From a phage: 64,000 nt of DNA. The stretch is from sequence record OZ335959.1; one strand, written 5' to 3'. The position numbers were made by a program, and so were the translations under genes. This document shows positions 21,836 to 36,700 of this stretch, piece after piece. The notes beneath the pieces are model-generated. The model did not search any database. It saw only the letters and a program-made list of their open reading frames with translations, and was not told the origin of the DNA. Positions within the stretch are counted from its first letter, which is position 1. Every line of letters begins with the position of its first letter.

Positions 21836-24800
21836 ATGGCCGAGATTAAAAGAAAGTTCAGAGCAGAAGATGGTCTGGACGCAGGTGGCGATAAAATAAT
21901 CAACGTAGCTTTAGCTGATCGTGCCGTAGGAACTGACGGTGTTAACGTTGATTACCTAATTCAAGAAAACACAGTTCAACAATATGATCCAACTCGTGGA
22001 TATTTAAAAGATTTTGTAATCATTTATGATAACCGCTTTTGGGCTGCTATAATTGATATTCCAAAACCGGCAGGAGCTTTTAATAGCGTGCGCTGGAGAG
22101 CATTACGTACTGATGCAAACTGGACAACTGTTTCGTCAGGACCTTATCAATTAAAGTCAGGTGAATCAATTTCAGTTAATACTGCAGCAGGAAATGATAT
22201 CACATTTACTTTGCCAACTTCTCCAATTGATGGAGATACTATCGTTCTTCAAGATATTGGTGGAAAACCCGGAGTTAACCAAGTTTTAATTACAGCTCCA
22301 GTGCAAAGCATTGTAAATTTTAGAGGTCAGCAAGTACGATCAGTATTAATGACCCATCCAAAATCACAGATAGTTTTAATTTTTAGTAATCGTCTGTGGC
22401 AAATGTATGTTGCTGATTATAGCAGAGAAGCGGTAGTTGTGACGCCAGCAAGTCTCTATCAGGCACAGTCAAATGATTTTATCGTGCGCAGATTTACTTC
22501 TGCTGCTACAATTAATATTAAACTTCCGAGATTTGCTAATCATGGAGATATTATTAATTTTGTTGATTTAGATAAATTAAATCCGCTTTATCATACAATT
22601 GTCACGACATATGATGAAACAACTTCAGTACAAGAAGTTGGAACTCATTCTATTGAAGGTCGTACATCGATTGATGGTTTCTTGATGTATGATGATAATG
22701 AGAAATTATGGAGATTATTTGACGGGGATAGTAAAGCACGTTTACGCGTTATAACAACTAATTCTAATATTCGTCCAAACGAAGAAGTTATGGTATTTGG
22801 TGCGAATAATGGAACAACTCAAACAATTGAACTTCAGCTTCCGACCGATATTTCCATTGGTGATACTGTTAAAATTTCCATGAATTACATGAGAAAAGGA
22901 CAAACAGTTAAAATCAAAGCTGCCGGGGAAGATAAAATTGCTTCTTCAGTTCAATTGTTGCAATTCCCAAAGCGTTCAGAATATCCGCCTGAAGCTGAAT
23001 GGGTGACTGTCCAAGAATTAGTTTTTAACGGTGAAACTAATTATGTTCCAGTTTTACAACTTGCTTATATAGAAGATTCTGACGGAAAATACTGGGTTGT
23101 ACAGCAAAACGTTCCAACAGTTGAAAGAGTCGATTCTTTAAATAATTCTACTAGAGCAAGATTAGGCGTAATTGCTTTAGCTACACAAGCTCAAGCTAAC
23201 GTCGATTTAGAAAATTCTCCACAAAAAGAATTAGCAATTACTCCAGAAACATTAGCTAACCGTACTGCTACAGAAACTCGTAGAGGTATCGCAAGAATAG
23301 CAACTACCGCTCAAGTGAATCAGGACACTACATTCTCTTTTGCTGACGATATTATCATCACTCCTAAAAAGCTGAATGAAAGAACTGCTACAGAAACTCG
23401 TAGAGGTGTTGCTGAAATTGCTACGCAACAAGAAACTAATACAGGTACTGATGATACTACAATCATCACTCCTAAAAAGCTTCAAGCTCGACAAGGTTCT
23501 GAATCATTATCGGGTATTGTAACCTTTGTATCTACCGCAGGAGCTACTCCAGCCTCTAGTCGTGAATTAAATGGTACAAACGTTTACAATAAAAACACTA
23601 ATAATTTAGTTGTTTCGCCTAAAGCTCTAGATCAGTATAAAGCTACTCCAACACAGCAAGGCGCAGTAATTTTAGCAGTTGAAAGTGAAGTAATTGCTGG
23701 ACAGAGTCAAGAAGGATGGGCAAATGCGGTTGTAACGCCAGAAACGTTACATAAAAAGACATCAACTGATGGAAGAATCGGTTTAATTGAAATTGCTACG
23801 CAAAGCGAAGTTAATACAGGAACTGATTATACTCGTGCAGTCACTCCTAAAACTTTAAATGACCGTAAAGCAACTGAAAGTTTAAGTGGTATAGCTGAAA
23901 TTGCTACACAAGTTGAATTCGACGCAGGCGTCGACGATACTCGTATCTCTACACCATTAAAAATTAAAACTAGATTTAATAGTACTGATCGTACTTCTGT
24001 TGTTGCTCTATCTGGATTAGTTGAATCAGGAACTCTCTGGGACCATTATACCCTTAATATTCTTGAAGCAAATGAGACACAGCGTGGTACACTTCGTGTG
24101 GCTACACAAGTTGAAGCTGCTGCAGGGACATTAGATAATGTTCTAATAACTCCTAAAAAGCTTTTAGGTACTAAATCTACTGAAGCGCAAGAAGGCGTTA
24201 TTAAAGTTTCAACTCAAGTTGAAACTGTAGCTGGAACGTCAGCAAATACTGCTGTATCTCCAAAAAATTTAAAATGGATTGTACAGAGTGAACCTACTTG
24301 GGCAGCAACTACTTTGGTAAGAGGTTTTGTTAAAACTTCATCTGGTTCAATTACATTCGTCGGTAATGATACTGTTGGTTCAACACAGTCATTAGAATTA
24401 TACGAGAAAAATAGCTATGCAGTATCTCCATATGAATTAAACCGTGTATTAGCAAATTATTTGCCATTAAAGGCAAAAGCTGCTGACACGAATTTATTGG
24501 ATGGTCTAGATTCATCCCAGTTCATTCGTAGGGATATTGCGCAGACGGTTAATGGTTCACTAACCTTAACTCAACAAACGAATCTGAGTGCCCCTCTTGT
24601 ATCATCTAGTACTGCTACGTTTGGTGGATCAGTTTCGGCAAATAGTACACTAACTATTTCTAATACTGGAACAGCAACTCAATTGATTTTTGAGAAAGGA
24701 CCTCAATCTGGAACGAACCCAGCGCAGACGATGACTGTCAAAGTGTGGGGAAATCAATTTAGTGGGGAATCAGATACAACACGTTCTACTGTATTTGAAG

Positions 24801-25705
24801 TTAGTGATGAAACGTCTAGTCATTTTTATTCTCAGCGCAATAAAGCTGGAAATATAACATTTAATATCAACGGTACAGTAACTCCGATAAATGTTAATGC
24901 TTCAGGAACATTGAATGCAAATGGTGTAGCAACATTTGGTAATTCAGTCACGGCAAGTGGTGAAATTATTTCTCGAAGCGCAAATGCTTTCCGTGCTATT
25001 AACGGAAATTACGGTTTTATTGTTCGCAATGACGGGTCAGTAACGAATTTTATGCTTACTGCATCGGGCGATCAGACTGGTGGATTTAATGGATTACGTC
25101 CATTAACTATTAATAATGCATCTGGTCAAGTAACGATTGGTGAAAGCTTAATCATCGCCAAAGGTGCTACTATAAATTCAGGTGGTTTGACTGTTAACTC
25201 GAGAATTCGTTCTCAGGGTACTAAAACATCTGATTTATATACCCGTGCTCCAACATCTGATACTGTAGGATTCTGGTCAATCGATATTAATGATTCAGCC
25301 ACTTATAACCAGTTCCCGGGTTATTTTGAAATGGTTGAAAAAACTAATGAAGTGACTGGACTTCCATACTTAGAACGTGGCGAAGAGGTTAAATCTCCTG
25401 GTACGTTAACTCAGTTTGGTAACACACTCGATTCGCTTTATCAAGATTGGATTACTTATCCAACGACCCCAGAAGCGCGCACCACTCGCTGGACACGCAC
25501 ATGGCAGAAAACAAAAAACTCTTGGTCGAGTTTTGTTCAGGTATTTGATGGAGGTAACCCTCCTCAGCCGTCTGATATCGGTGCTTTACCATCTGATAAT
25601 GCTATAATGGGGAATCTTACTATTCGTGATTTCTTACGAATTGGTAATGTTCGCATTATTCCTGACCCAGTGAATAAAACGGTTAAATTTGAATGGGTTG
25701 AATAA
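21836..25705 (+). CDS. 34: long tail fibre proximal subunit gp34
   Basis: 1289-aa ORF (same length as T4 gp34); repeated ~38-aa ATQ.E...GTD....TPK.L motifs; late promoter upstream. Confidence 0.93.
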   Translation: MAEIKRKFRAEDGLDAGGDKIINVALADRAVGTDGVNVDYLIQENTVQQYDPTRGYLKDFVIIYDNRFWAAIIDIPKPAGAFNSVRWRALRTDANWTTVSSGPYQLKSGESISVNTAAGNDITFTLPTSPIDGDTIVLQDIGGKPGVNQVLITAPVQSIVNFRGQQVRSVLMTHPKSQIVLIFSNRLWQMYVADYSREAVVVTPASLYQAQSNDFIVRRFTSAATINIKLPRFANHGDIINFVDLDKLNPLYHTIVTTYDETTSVQEVGTHSIEGRTSIDGFLMYDDNEKLWRLFDGDSKARLRVITTNSNIRPNEEVMVFGANNGTTQTIELQLPTDISIGDTVKISMNYMRKGQTVKIKAAGEDKIASSVQLLQFPKRSEYPPEAEWVTVQELVFNGETNYVPVLQLAYIEDSDGKYWVVQQNVPTVERVDSLNNSTRARLGVIALATQAQANVDLENSPQKELAITPETLANRTATETRRGIARIATTAQVNQDTTFSFADDIIITPKKLNERTATETRRGVAEIATQQETNTGTDDTTIITPKKLQARQGSESLSGIVTFVSTAGATPASSRELNGTNVYNKNTNNLVVSPKALDQYKATPTQQGAVILAVESEVIAGQSQEGWANAVVTPETLHKKTSTDGRIGLIEIATQSEVNTGTDYTRAVTPKTLNDRKATESLSGIAEIATQVEFDAGVDDTRISTPLKIKTRFNSTDRTSVVALSGLVESGTLWDHYTLNILEANETQRGTLRVATQVEAAAGTLDNVLITPKKLLGTKSTEAQEGVIKVSTQVETVAGTSANTAVSPKNLKWIVQSEPTWAATTLVRGFVKTSSGSITFVGNDTVGSTQSLELYEKNSYAVSPYELNRVLANYLPLKAKAADTNLLDGLDSSQFIRRDIAQTVNGSLTLTQQTNLSAPLVSSSTATFGGSVSANSTLTISNTGTATQLIFEKGPQSGTNPAQTMTVKVWGNQFSGESDTTRSTVFEVSDETSSHFYSQRNKAGNITFNINGTVTPINVNASGTLNANGVATFGNSVTASGEIISRSANAFRAINGNYGFIVRNDGSVTNFMLTASGDQTGGFNGLRPLTINNASGQVTIGESLIIAKGATINSGGLTVNSRIRSQGTKTSDLYTRAPTSDTVGFWSIDINDSATYNQFPGYFEMVEKTNEVTGLPYLERGEEVKSPGTLTQFGNTLDSLYQDWITYPTTPEARTTRWTRTWQKTKNSWSSFVQVFDGGNPPQPSDIGALPSDNAIMGNLTIRDFLRIGNVRIIPDPVNKTVKFEWVE

Positions 25706-25713
25706 GAGGTATT

Positions 25714-26829
25714 ATGGAAAAATTTATGGCAGAGTTTGGACAAGGATATGTCCAAACGCCATTTTTATCGGAAAGTAATTCAGTAAGATATAAAATAAGT
25801 ATAGCGGGTTCTTGCCCGCTTTCTACTGCAGGACCATACGTCAAATTTCAGGATAATCTTGTTGGAAGCCAAACATTTAGTGCAGGTCTTCATTTAAGAG
25901 TTTTTGACCCTTCTACCGGAGCATTAGTTGATAGTAAGTCATATGCTTTTTCGACTTCAAATGATACTACATCAGCTGCTTTTGTTAGTTTCATGAATTC
26001 TTTTTCAAACAACAGACTTGTTGCTATATTAACTAGCGGAAAGGTTAATTTTCCTCCTGAAGTAGTATCTTGGTTAAGAGCAGCAGGAACGTCTGCTTTT
26101 CCATCTGATTCTTTATTGTCAAGATTTGACGTATCATATGCTGCTTTTTATACTTCTTCTAAAAGAGCTATTGCATTAGAACACGTTAAACTAAGTAATA
26201 GAAAAAGCACAGATGACTATCAAACTATTTTAGATGTTGTATTTGACAGTTTAGAAGACGTTGGAGCTACAGGATTTCCTAAAAGAACATACGAAAGCGT
26301 TGAGCAATTTATGTCAGCTGTTGGTGGAACTAATAACGAAATTGCACGTTTACCAACTTCATCCGCGATAAGTAAACTCTCTGATTATAATTTAATTCCT
26401 GGCGATGTTCTTTATCTTAAAGCACAGTTATATGCTGACGCAGATTTACTTGCGCTTGGAACTACAAATGTATCAATCCGTTTTTATGATGAATCGAATG
26501 GATATATTTCTTCAACACATGCCGAGTTTACTGGACAAGCTGGGTCATGGGAATTAAAGGAAGATTATGTAGTTATTCCAGAAAATGCAGTAGGATTTAC
26601 GATATATGCACAAAGAACTGCACAAGCAGGTCAAGGTGGCATGAGAAATTTGAGCTTTTCCGAAGTATCAAGAAATGGTGGAATTTCAAAACCCGCTGAA
26701 TTTGGCGTCAATGGTATTCGAGTTAATTATGTCTGTGAATCTGCTTCACCTCCGGATATAATGGTACTTCCTACACAAGCATCGTCTAAAACTGGTAAAG
26801 TGTTTGGACAAGAATTTAGAGAAGTTTAA
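25714..26829 (+). CDS. 35: long tail fibre hinge protein gp35
   Basis: 371-aa ORF between 34 and 36. Confidence 0.85.
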   Translation: MEKFMAEFGQGYVQTPFLSESNSVRYKISIAGSCPLSTAGPYVKFQDNLVGSQTFSAGLHLRVFDPSTGALVDSKSYAFSTSNDTTSAAFVSFMNSFSNNRLVAILTSGKVNFPPEVVSWLRAAGTSAFPSDSLLSRFDVSYAAFYTSSKRAIALEHVKLSNRKSTDDYQTILDVVFDSLEDVGATGFPKRTYESVEQFMSAVGGTNNEIARLPTSSAISKLSDYNLIPGDVLYLKAQLYADADLLALGTTNVSIRFYDESNGYISSTHAEFTGQAGSWELKEDYVVIPENAVGFTIYAQRTAQAGQGGMRNLSFSEVSRNGGISKPAEFGVNGIRVNYVCESASPPDIMVLPTQASSKTGKVFGQEFREV

Positions 26830-26834
26830 ATTGA

Positions 26835-26857
26835 GGGAGCCTTCGGGTTCCCTTTTT
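26835..26857 (+). terminator. rho-independent terminator after gene 35 (GGGAGCC-UUCG-GGUUCCC plus U5)
   Basis: Stem-loop with UUCG tetraloop followed by TTTTT. Confidence 0.6.
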
Positions 26858-26860
26858 CTT

Positions 26861-26868
26861 TATAAATA
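26861..26868 (+). promoter_or_regulatory. late promoter TATAAATA upstream of gene 36
   Basis: Exact TATAAATA 24 nt upstream of gene 36 ATG. Confidence 0.65.
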
Positions 26869-26891
26869 CTATTAAAATAAAGGGGCATACA

Positions 26892-27548
26892 ATGGCTGAT
26901 TTAAAAGTAGGTTCAACAACTGGAGGCTCTGTCATTTGGCATCAAGGAAATTTTCCATTGAATCCAGCCGGTGACGATGTACTCTATAAATCATTTAAAA
27001 TATATTCAGAATACAATAAACCACAAGCTGCTGATAACGATTTCGTTTCTAAAGCTAATGGTGGTACGTATTTAAATAAAGTAATTTTTAATAAAGGAAT
27101 GACTGTTCCTGGTGCAGGGTCAGGTGACAACGGTATTTTTGCTGGTCCTGGTGATAATGCCACGTATGATACTACAAATATGGATATTGTTTCGTGGTAT
27201 GGTATTGGTTTTAAATCATCACAAGGAACAGCAGGTAGAACTGTAGTAATTAACACACGAAATGGAGATATTAGCTCAAAGGGTGTAATTGAAGCATCAC
27301 AAATGCGCGCAACTTCATTATCTCCAGTAAATAATTATGACCTTACGCGGAAAGATTATGTCGATGGTGCAATAAATATTGTTACAGCAAACGCAAACTC
27401 TAGGGTATTACGCTCTGGAGACACTATGACAGGTAACTTAACCGCGCCAAACCTTTTTTCACAGAATCCTGCATCTCAACCTTCGCATGTTCCACGATTT
27501 GATCAAATTGTTATTAAGGATTCTGTTCAAGATTTCGGCTATTATTAA
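26892..27548 (+). CDS. 36: long tail fibre distal connector gp36
   Basis: 218-aa ORF. Confidence 0.85.
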   Translation: MADLKVGSTTGGSVIWHQGNFPLNPAGDDVLYKSFKIYSEYNKPQAADNDFVSKANGGTYLNKVIFNKGMTVPGAGSGDNGIFAGPGDNATYDTTNMDIVSWYGIGFKSSQGTAGRTVVINTRNGDISSKGVIEASQMRATSLSPVNNYDLTRKDYVDGAINIVTANANSRVLRSGDTMTGNLTAPNLFSQNPASQPSHVPRFDQIVIKDSVQDFGYY

Positions 27549-27556
27549 GAGGACTT

Positions 27557-31679
<4,123 letters not shown>

Positions 31680-31709
31680 TTTGAATAAATATCCTTAAAA
31701 GGAGGGTCT

Positions 31710-32366
31710 ATGGCAGCACCTAGAATATCATTTTCGCCCTCTGATATTCTGTTGGGTGTTCTAGATCGCTTGTTCAAAGATAACGCTACCGGGAAGGTTC
31801 TTGCTTCCAGAGTAGCTGTCGTAATTCTTTTATTTATGATGGCGATTGTTTGGTATAGGGGAGATAGTTTCTTTGAGTACTATAAGCAATCAAAGTATGA
31901 AACATACAGTGAAATTATTGAAAAGGAAAGAAATGCACGCTTTGAATCTGTCGCCCTGGAACAACTCCAGATAGTTCATATATCATCTGAGGCAGACTTT
32001 AGTGCGGTGTATTCTTTCCGCCCTAAAAACTTAAACTATTTTGTTGATATTATAGCATATGAAGGAAAATTACCTTCAACAATAAGTGAAAAATCACTTG
32101 GAGGATATCCTGTTGATAAAACTATGGATGAATATGCAGTTCATTTAAATGGACGTCATTATTATTCCAACTCAAAATTTGCTTTTTTACCGACTAAAAA
32201 GCCTACTCCCGAAATAAATTACATGTACAGTTGTCCATATTTCAATTTGGATAATATCTATGCTGGAACAATAACCATGTACTGGTATAGAAATGATCAT
32301 ATAAGTAATGACCGCCTTGAATCAATATGTGCTCAGGCGGCCAGAATATTAGGAAGGGCTAAATAA
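31710..32366 (+). CDS. t: holin T
   Basis: 218-aa ORF (same length as T4 T) with one N-terminal TM and a large periplasmic domain. Confidence 0.9.
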   Translation: MAAPRISFSPSDILLGVLDRLFKDNATGKVLASRVAVVILLFMMAIVWYRGDSFFEYYKQSKYETYSEIIEKERNARFESVALEQLQIVHISSEADFSAVYSFRPKNLNYFVDIIAYEGKLPSTISEKSLGGYPVDKTMDEYAVHLNGRHYYSNSKFAFLPTKKPTPEINYMYSCPYFNLDNIYAGTITMYWYRNDHISNDRLESICAQAARILGRAK

Positions 32367-32639
32367 TTATTTGTTTGTATACATCTCTAGATATCGATAT
32401 ACACCCTCAAAACCCTCGTTGAATTCGTCGATGAGGGTTTTCTTATCTTCTTGAGTTAATTCAGAAACAATTTTACGGAATGAATTCTGATTTAACTTTC
32501 TACCTTCATGCGTTACTCCAATCTCATTCAGAAATGCAATAAAATTAGCGCGATTCTCAACAATATCTTCTCTGGAAAATTTAATCAAAATAGACGCAAC
32601 AGTAATAATTTCACGAACTGTATCAATATTTTTATTCAT
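32367..32639 (-). CDS. asiA: AsiA anti-sigma70 factor
   Basis: 90-aa ORF, size and position convergent with t as in T4. Confidence 0.85.
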   Translation of the reverse strand: MNKNIDTVREIITVASILIKFSREDIVENRANFIAFLNEIGVTHEGRKLNQNSFRKIVSELTQEDKKTLIDEFNEGFEGVYRYLEMYTNK

Positions 32640-32800
32640 TAACTATACCACTCAATTAGTTGACTTTGCTATAATATCATCAGACGCTTGATTTGTAAAC
32701 TGGTCTGTGTTATTTTCTTCAAAAATTTTTTCTACGAATTCCTTGAACGACTTACGTTCCTGAGCTACATTATGCTCGATTACTTTTTCAAGATTATGAC

Positions 32801-33079
32801 TCATTCGAAATAATCTTCAATTTCATAATCAAGAACATAAATCATTATAGTTTTTAATACATCATCAATACTTTTTCCTGGAGCTGGAATTACGTAAAAA
32901 TATCCTGCTTTTGAGAGGTCTTTATAAGTTCCAACCAAGAAATCATTATTCTCGAGATGCAGTTCTTCAACTAATTCATTAACAATTGAGTGGTATAAAT
33001 TTGGTAGTAACTTGTATAGCTTTTCTAGAATATCAATTTTGATTGTGTATTGAACCACAGACTGAGAATCAATAATCAT
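32801..33079 (-). CDS. arn: Arn anti-restriction (McrBC inhibitor), acidic DNA-mimic-like
   Basis: 92-aa acidic ORF, size and position match T4 arn. Confidence 0.6.
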   Translation of the reverse strand: MIIDSQSVVQYTIKIDILEKLYKLLPNLYHSIVNELVEELHLENNDFLVGTYKDLSKAGYFYVIPAPGKSIDDVLKTIMIYVLDYEIEDYFE

Positions 33080-33162
33080 AGACCTTCCCCTTATGTTTCT
33101 GTTTGCGATTAGATTCTTTAAACGCTTTCTTCTTATCTTTATGGACAGAAGCTTTATTAAAA

Positions 33163-33381
33163 TTATGTTTTGCGACTAAATTGTTCATAGTGCTGAATTA
33201 CCTCTCTCAAACATTTGCATGTGAATGAAAACTTTTTAGCTACACCACATTCAAATATATGTTCTCTTAAATCACGTGTGTCAGTATATCCCATCTCAAC
33301 AATAAAATGCCGTATTAGATTTTTATCTTTATCATTGAGAGAATTAAAATAATCGGATTTTGAATTAATTTCCCTGGCCAA
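33163..33381 (-). CDS. hypothetical protein (72 aa)
   Basis: ORF. Confidence 0.45.
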   Translation of the reverse strand: MAREINSKSDYFNSLNDKDKNLIRHFIVEMGYTDTRDLREHIFECGVAKKFSFTCKCLREVIQHYEQFSRKT

Positions 33382-33661
33382 ATTGAATCACCTTCAGTTG
33401 ACGTTTTAGTTCTTTTATCATTTCTTCGTTCATCGCAATATAAAGATCTCGTAAAGCAGGTTTTAACATTCCATTTACTGGAGAACTAAATGGACATACA
33501 TAATCTTTTCCTACGAGCTTTTTGGTGAATTCCATATTACAGAACTGAAATGCCGGTTCATTGGCATAAATTCCCCAATTAGTTGACATCATTTTATTGG
33601 CATATTCCAGTGCCTGGATTTGATTCATAATTCCATCAATTTGAAACTTTTTAATATTCAT
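33365..33661 (-). CDS. hypothetical protein (98 aa)
   Basis: ORF. Confidence 0.5.
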   Translation of the reverse strand: MNIKKFQIDGIMNQIQALEYANKMMSTNWGIYANEPAFQFCNMEFTKKLVGKDYVCPFSSPVNGMLKPALRDLYIAMNEEMIKELKRQLKVIQFGQGN

Positions 33662-34122
33662 TAGTAAAGGTCCTCAGAGTAAAGTTCTTTTTCACTACCA
33701 CCACGTTCAATACGTACTTGTCCGGCGTAAGTTGCAATAATCATTGCTTCTTCACGTGTCCAATAATTACTATATTGGTCAATAAATCCTTGGTCATCAT
33801 CACAAACTTGTTGAGTAACTAATTGGGGTTTAACTACATCTAAAACTTCTGCCATATCTTTAGAATAATGACGAGCACCTGGAATAACAAGAGTTCGTCC
33901 ATCTTTTAATTTAAAACGATTGGCGGCACAAACAATTCGTCGTTGATACTTTTGGTTTTCGTCCCAATATGCGGTTTGCCAACAGATTTCAGGAACTTCA
34001 TCTAAAACATTTTGTTCGGTGTATTCACCACTGTAAGAAGCTAATTTAGCAGCCAAACTTTCTGGAGTCTCACGTGACAAAGCTTTATCTAACAGAGTTA
34101 AACGTTCTTTAAAAGTTTTCAT
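33661..34122 (-). CDS. hypothetical protein (153 aa)
   Basis: ORF. Confidence 0.5.
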   Translation of the reverse strand: MKTFKERLTLLDKALSRETPESLAAKLASYSGEYTEQNVLDEVPEICWQTAYWDENQKYQRRIVCAANRFKLKDGRTLVIPGARHYSKDMAEVLDVVKPQLVTQQVCDDDQGFIDQYSNYWTREEAMIIATYAGQVRIERGGSEKELYSEDLY

Positions 34123-34448
34123 TTAAACCATCCTTTAATACGCTGCCACAAAGTTTTCTGTTGTGCTTTGTTAACACCAATTGAGCGAATAACTGGTTGA
34201 GATTCCTGGAATTCTTTATAATCAGCAAGGTAAATTTCATAAGCTGAATCTGTAAAGGAACTTATCGCTGCCATAAAATTATTGCGAATACCTACTGGAG
34301 CATCTTTACTTTCACGAATAATCATGTATTTACCAGTCTTAATCTTTACAATAGTTCCAAGATAAGCTCCGTGGTACCAGATGTCCCACCCCTCTTGAGT
34401 GGGTTCTGCACAACGACGAAGTTCATTAACAATTTCTAACTTGTTCAT
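34119..34448 (-). CDS. hypothetical protein (109 aa)
   Basis: ORF. Confidence 0.5.
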   Translation of the reverse strand: MNKLEIVNELRRCAEPTQEGWDIWYHGAYLGTIVKIKTGKYMIIRESKDAPVGIRNNFMAAISSFTDSAYEIYLADYKEFQESQPVIRSIGVNKAQQKTLWQRIKGWFK

Positions 34449-34458
34449 TATTTATTCC

Positions 34459-35094
34459 TCACAGTTCAGATGCTACGGTGATTACTGCTTCAATGTTTTC
34501 TGCCGAGCGTTTAATGTCAAGATACACATTACCATTTTTAGCGATTTTACATGACATTCCGATATCAGTAAATTTCTGAATATGATGTTCCATCATTTTG
34601 TATCCAAAAATTCGCATATTTCCATTGTTGTTAATTTCAAAATTACGAATTCCGTGAGTGCGTTTTTCTAAAATAGCAAGATAGTTACTGCGGTAAGTTT
34701 CAACCTTTTTAAGAACAAATCCATTTTCATCTAAAAGTTTTAACATGAAGTCTTTATCTTCTTCCATATCGGAAGTAATCTCACGAGCTTTACGAGTTGC
34801 TCGTTTTTTCAGCAGTTCAGGAGCATTTTCCTGTGCGTATAAAGTTGCTGCATTTGAAATAATATCCTGAGCTTCGCCTGTGATGATTAATCCATCACCA
34901 GATTTCTCCACCAGGCCTTTTTTAATCAATACCCCAATATTACTATTAACTACTGCGTTACCTAAATCTGGATGCACCTCACGAACTTCTGCAGCTGTAA
35001 TGAAATCTTTCTTAGCAATGGTAATTAAAATCGCAGCAGTTTTTTCATTCAGAACATCGTTAGAAGCTTTGATGATGTAAGTTACTTTAGACAT
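34459..35094 (-). CDS. motA: MotA middle-transcription activator
   Basis: 211-aa ORF, same length and position as T4 MotA. Confidence 0.88.
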   Translation of the reverse strand: MSKVTYIIKASNDVLNEKTAAILITIAKKDFITAAEVREVHPDLGNAVVNSNIGVLIKKGLVEKSGDGLIITGEAQDIISNAATLYAQENAPELLKKRATRKAREITSDMEEDKDFMLKLLDENGFVLKKVETYRSNYLAILEKRTHGIRNFEINNNGNMRIFGYKMMEHHIQKFTDIGMSCKIAKNGNVYLDIKRSAENIEAVITVASEL

Positions 35095-35129
35095 TTTCTA
35101 ATCTCCGTAATTCTGTATCAGTAGTTGAT

Positions 35130-35168
35130 AGTTGTATAGTACCACAGTATGCTTTGGTTGTAAACCGT
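35130..35168 (-). promoter_or_regulatory. early promoter module upstream of motA (-35 GTTTAC 35160-35165)
   Basis: Same conserved module as at 18455-18492. Confidence 0.5.
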
Positions 35169-35190
35169 TTTGTGAAAAAATTTTTGAAAT

Positions 35191-35217
35191 AAAAAAGGGA
35201 GAGCCTCGGCTCTCCCT
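35191..35217 (-). terminator. rho-independent terminator (GGGAGAGCC-UCGG-CUCUCCC plus U-run)
   Basis: GC-rich hairpin followed by T-run on minus strand. Confidence 0.6.
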
Positions 35218-35221
35218 AAAA

Positions 35222-35371
35222 TTACTGCATGACTGTGATAACTGTCATGATAACACGTTGAATTCCGAATGCAAGAAGACCTCCTGCTACGGCTGGAACA
35301 ACACCTAAACCCGCTAGTAAAATGCTACCAGATACTAATGCCGCGCTTGTAATACCAATGAATGGACTCAT
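35222..35371 (-). CDS. small hydrophobic membrane protein (49 aa)
   Basis: ORF below track cut-off; ATG overlaps gene 52 stop; Gly/Ala-rich TM sequence. Confidence 0.4.
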   Translation of the reverse strand: MSPFIGITSAALVSGSILLAGLGVVPAVAGGLLAFGIQRVIMTVITVMQ

Positions 35372-36696
35372 TTGATTTCCTCTAAATCTTTAGTGTATTC
35401 GGTAACTACATCAGTAGTTTTCCAATATTCGTTTTCTTCTTTCTTAGCTTTAGCTTCTTCAGCAAGTTTCTTTGCTTCGTCGGAAGTCATATGAAAAATA
35501 TTCATTCCAACTAGTTTATCAACATAAGAAGAATACATATCAATTTTAGAAAGTTCTTCGGTCAGTTCTTTGCGAGTTTTACCTTGTACAACAATTTCAC
35601 CTGAAATCACTTTCTTAATGAAATGCGCCTTGGCAAAGGCTAAACGAAATGCTGATTCAGTTTCTTTGATTTTGTTATCAATTCGTTTTTGGACATAAGT
35701 TTTACGAACTTCAACGAAGTCTTTGATTAAATCAACTACGTTATCGTAAACTTGTAGCTTTCCTTTCTCATTAATAACGGTAATATTCTGGGAACGACGC
35801 TCAATCAACCCGAAGTCTTTCATAATTTTTGCATGGCGTTCTTCTTCGTTATCACTCAAAGAGTATTCTTTGCGGAATTTAACTTTGAAGCCAAAGCCAT
35901 GCTCACCACAAGCATCATCCCACGTAATGAAGCCTTTATCTTCAAGCGGGTCTAAGATTTTACTCACATAAGTTTCACGATCATACTTATACGGAATCTC
36001 AGTGATATGCATTTGAGTTCGTGAAGTAAACTTGTACGTTCCACGAATTTCATATTGACCGTCAATTTCAACGACTTCACCACGAAATTCTGGGAATTCT
36101 ACCTTAGGTTTAGTTACTTTCTTTCCTTGAAGAGCTTGCAATACAGCTTTCTTGACAGAAGAAACACTATGAGGAAGAATGTAAGTTGCATAACCAGTTG
36201 CAATACCGGAAACACCATTAAGAAGAACAGTAGGAATAATAGGCAAATAGAAAGCAGGCGGAATGTGTTCTTTATCTTGATGTACCGGAGCATATTCAGT
36301 ATCTTTATATACATTATAGAAATTTTTACTTACACGAGCAAAAATATAACGACTTGCCGCTGCTTTTTGAACGGTACGAGAACCAAAGTTTCCTTGACCA
36401 TCTAACAAAGGAAAGTTATTATTCCAAGTGTTAGCCATCAAAGCACCTGCGTCTTGCGCAGAGTTTTCACCATGATGATATCCAAGGTCTGCTACACCGC
36501 CTGCAATAGAAGCGAGTTTGTGAAACTTATCTTTATTTCCTCGTGCCAAATCAAGAGCTCGAGCAATAACAAATCGTTGAACTGGCTTAAATCCATCAAT
36601 CATATTTGGGATAGCACGATTTTCAACCGTGTACATAGCATAAGCCAATGCTTCATTATCAATGATACTTTTTAAATCGCGATTATTCAGTTGCAT
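35368..36696 (-). CDS. 52: DNA topoisomerase II medium subunit gp52
   Basis: 442-aa ORF, GyrA-like breakage-reunion domain (same length as T4 gp52). Confidence 0.92.
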   Translation of the reverse strand: MQLNNRDLKSIIDNEALAYAMYTVENRAIPNMIDGFKPVQRFVIARALDLARGNKDKFHKLASIAGGVADLGYHHGENSAQDAGALMANTWNNNFPLLDGQGNFGSRTVQKAAASRYIFARVSKNFYNVYKDTEYAPVHQDKEHIPPAFYLPIIPTVLLNGVSGIATGYATYILPHSVSSVKKAVLQALQGKKVTKPKVEFPEFRGEVVEIDGQYEIRGTYKFTSRTQMHITEIPYKYDRETYVSKILDPLEDKGFITWDDACGEHGFGFKVKFRKEYSLSDNEEERHAKIMKDFGLIERRSQNITVINEKGKLQVYDNVVDLIKDFVEVRKTYVQKRIDNKIKETESAFRLAFAKAHFIKKVISGEIVVQGKTRKELTEELSKIDMYSSYVDKLVGMNIFHMTSDEAKKLAEEAKAKKEENEYWKTTDVVTEYTKDLEEIK

Positions 36697-36700
36697 AAAT

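Noticed and set aside
23252-23494. 80-aa minus-strand ORF inside gene 34 (similar ones at 26984-27256, 28172-28360, 29999-30211)
   Set aside because: Antisense to long tail-fibre genes; Ser/Cys-rich low-complexity translation; no promoter or RBS.
36055-36405. 116-aa plus-strand ORF and 66-aa minus ORF at 36114-36314
   Set aside because: Both lie within gene 52 in other frames; hydrophobic/low-complexity translations; gene 52 frame is continuous.
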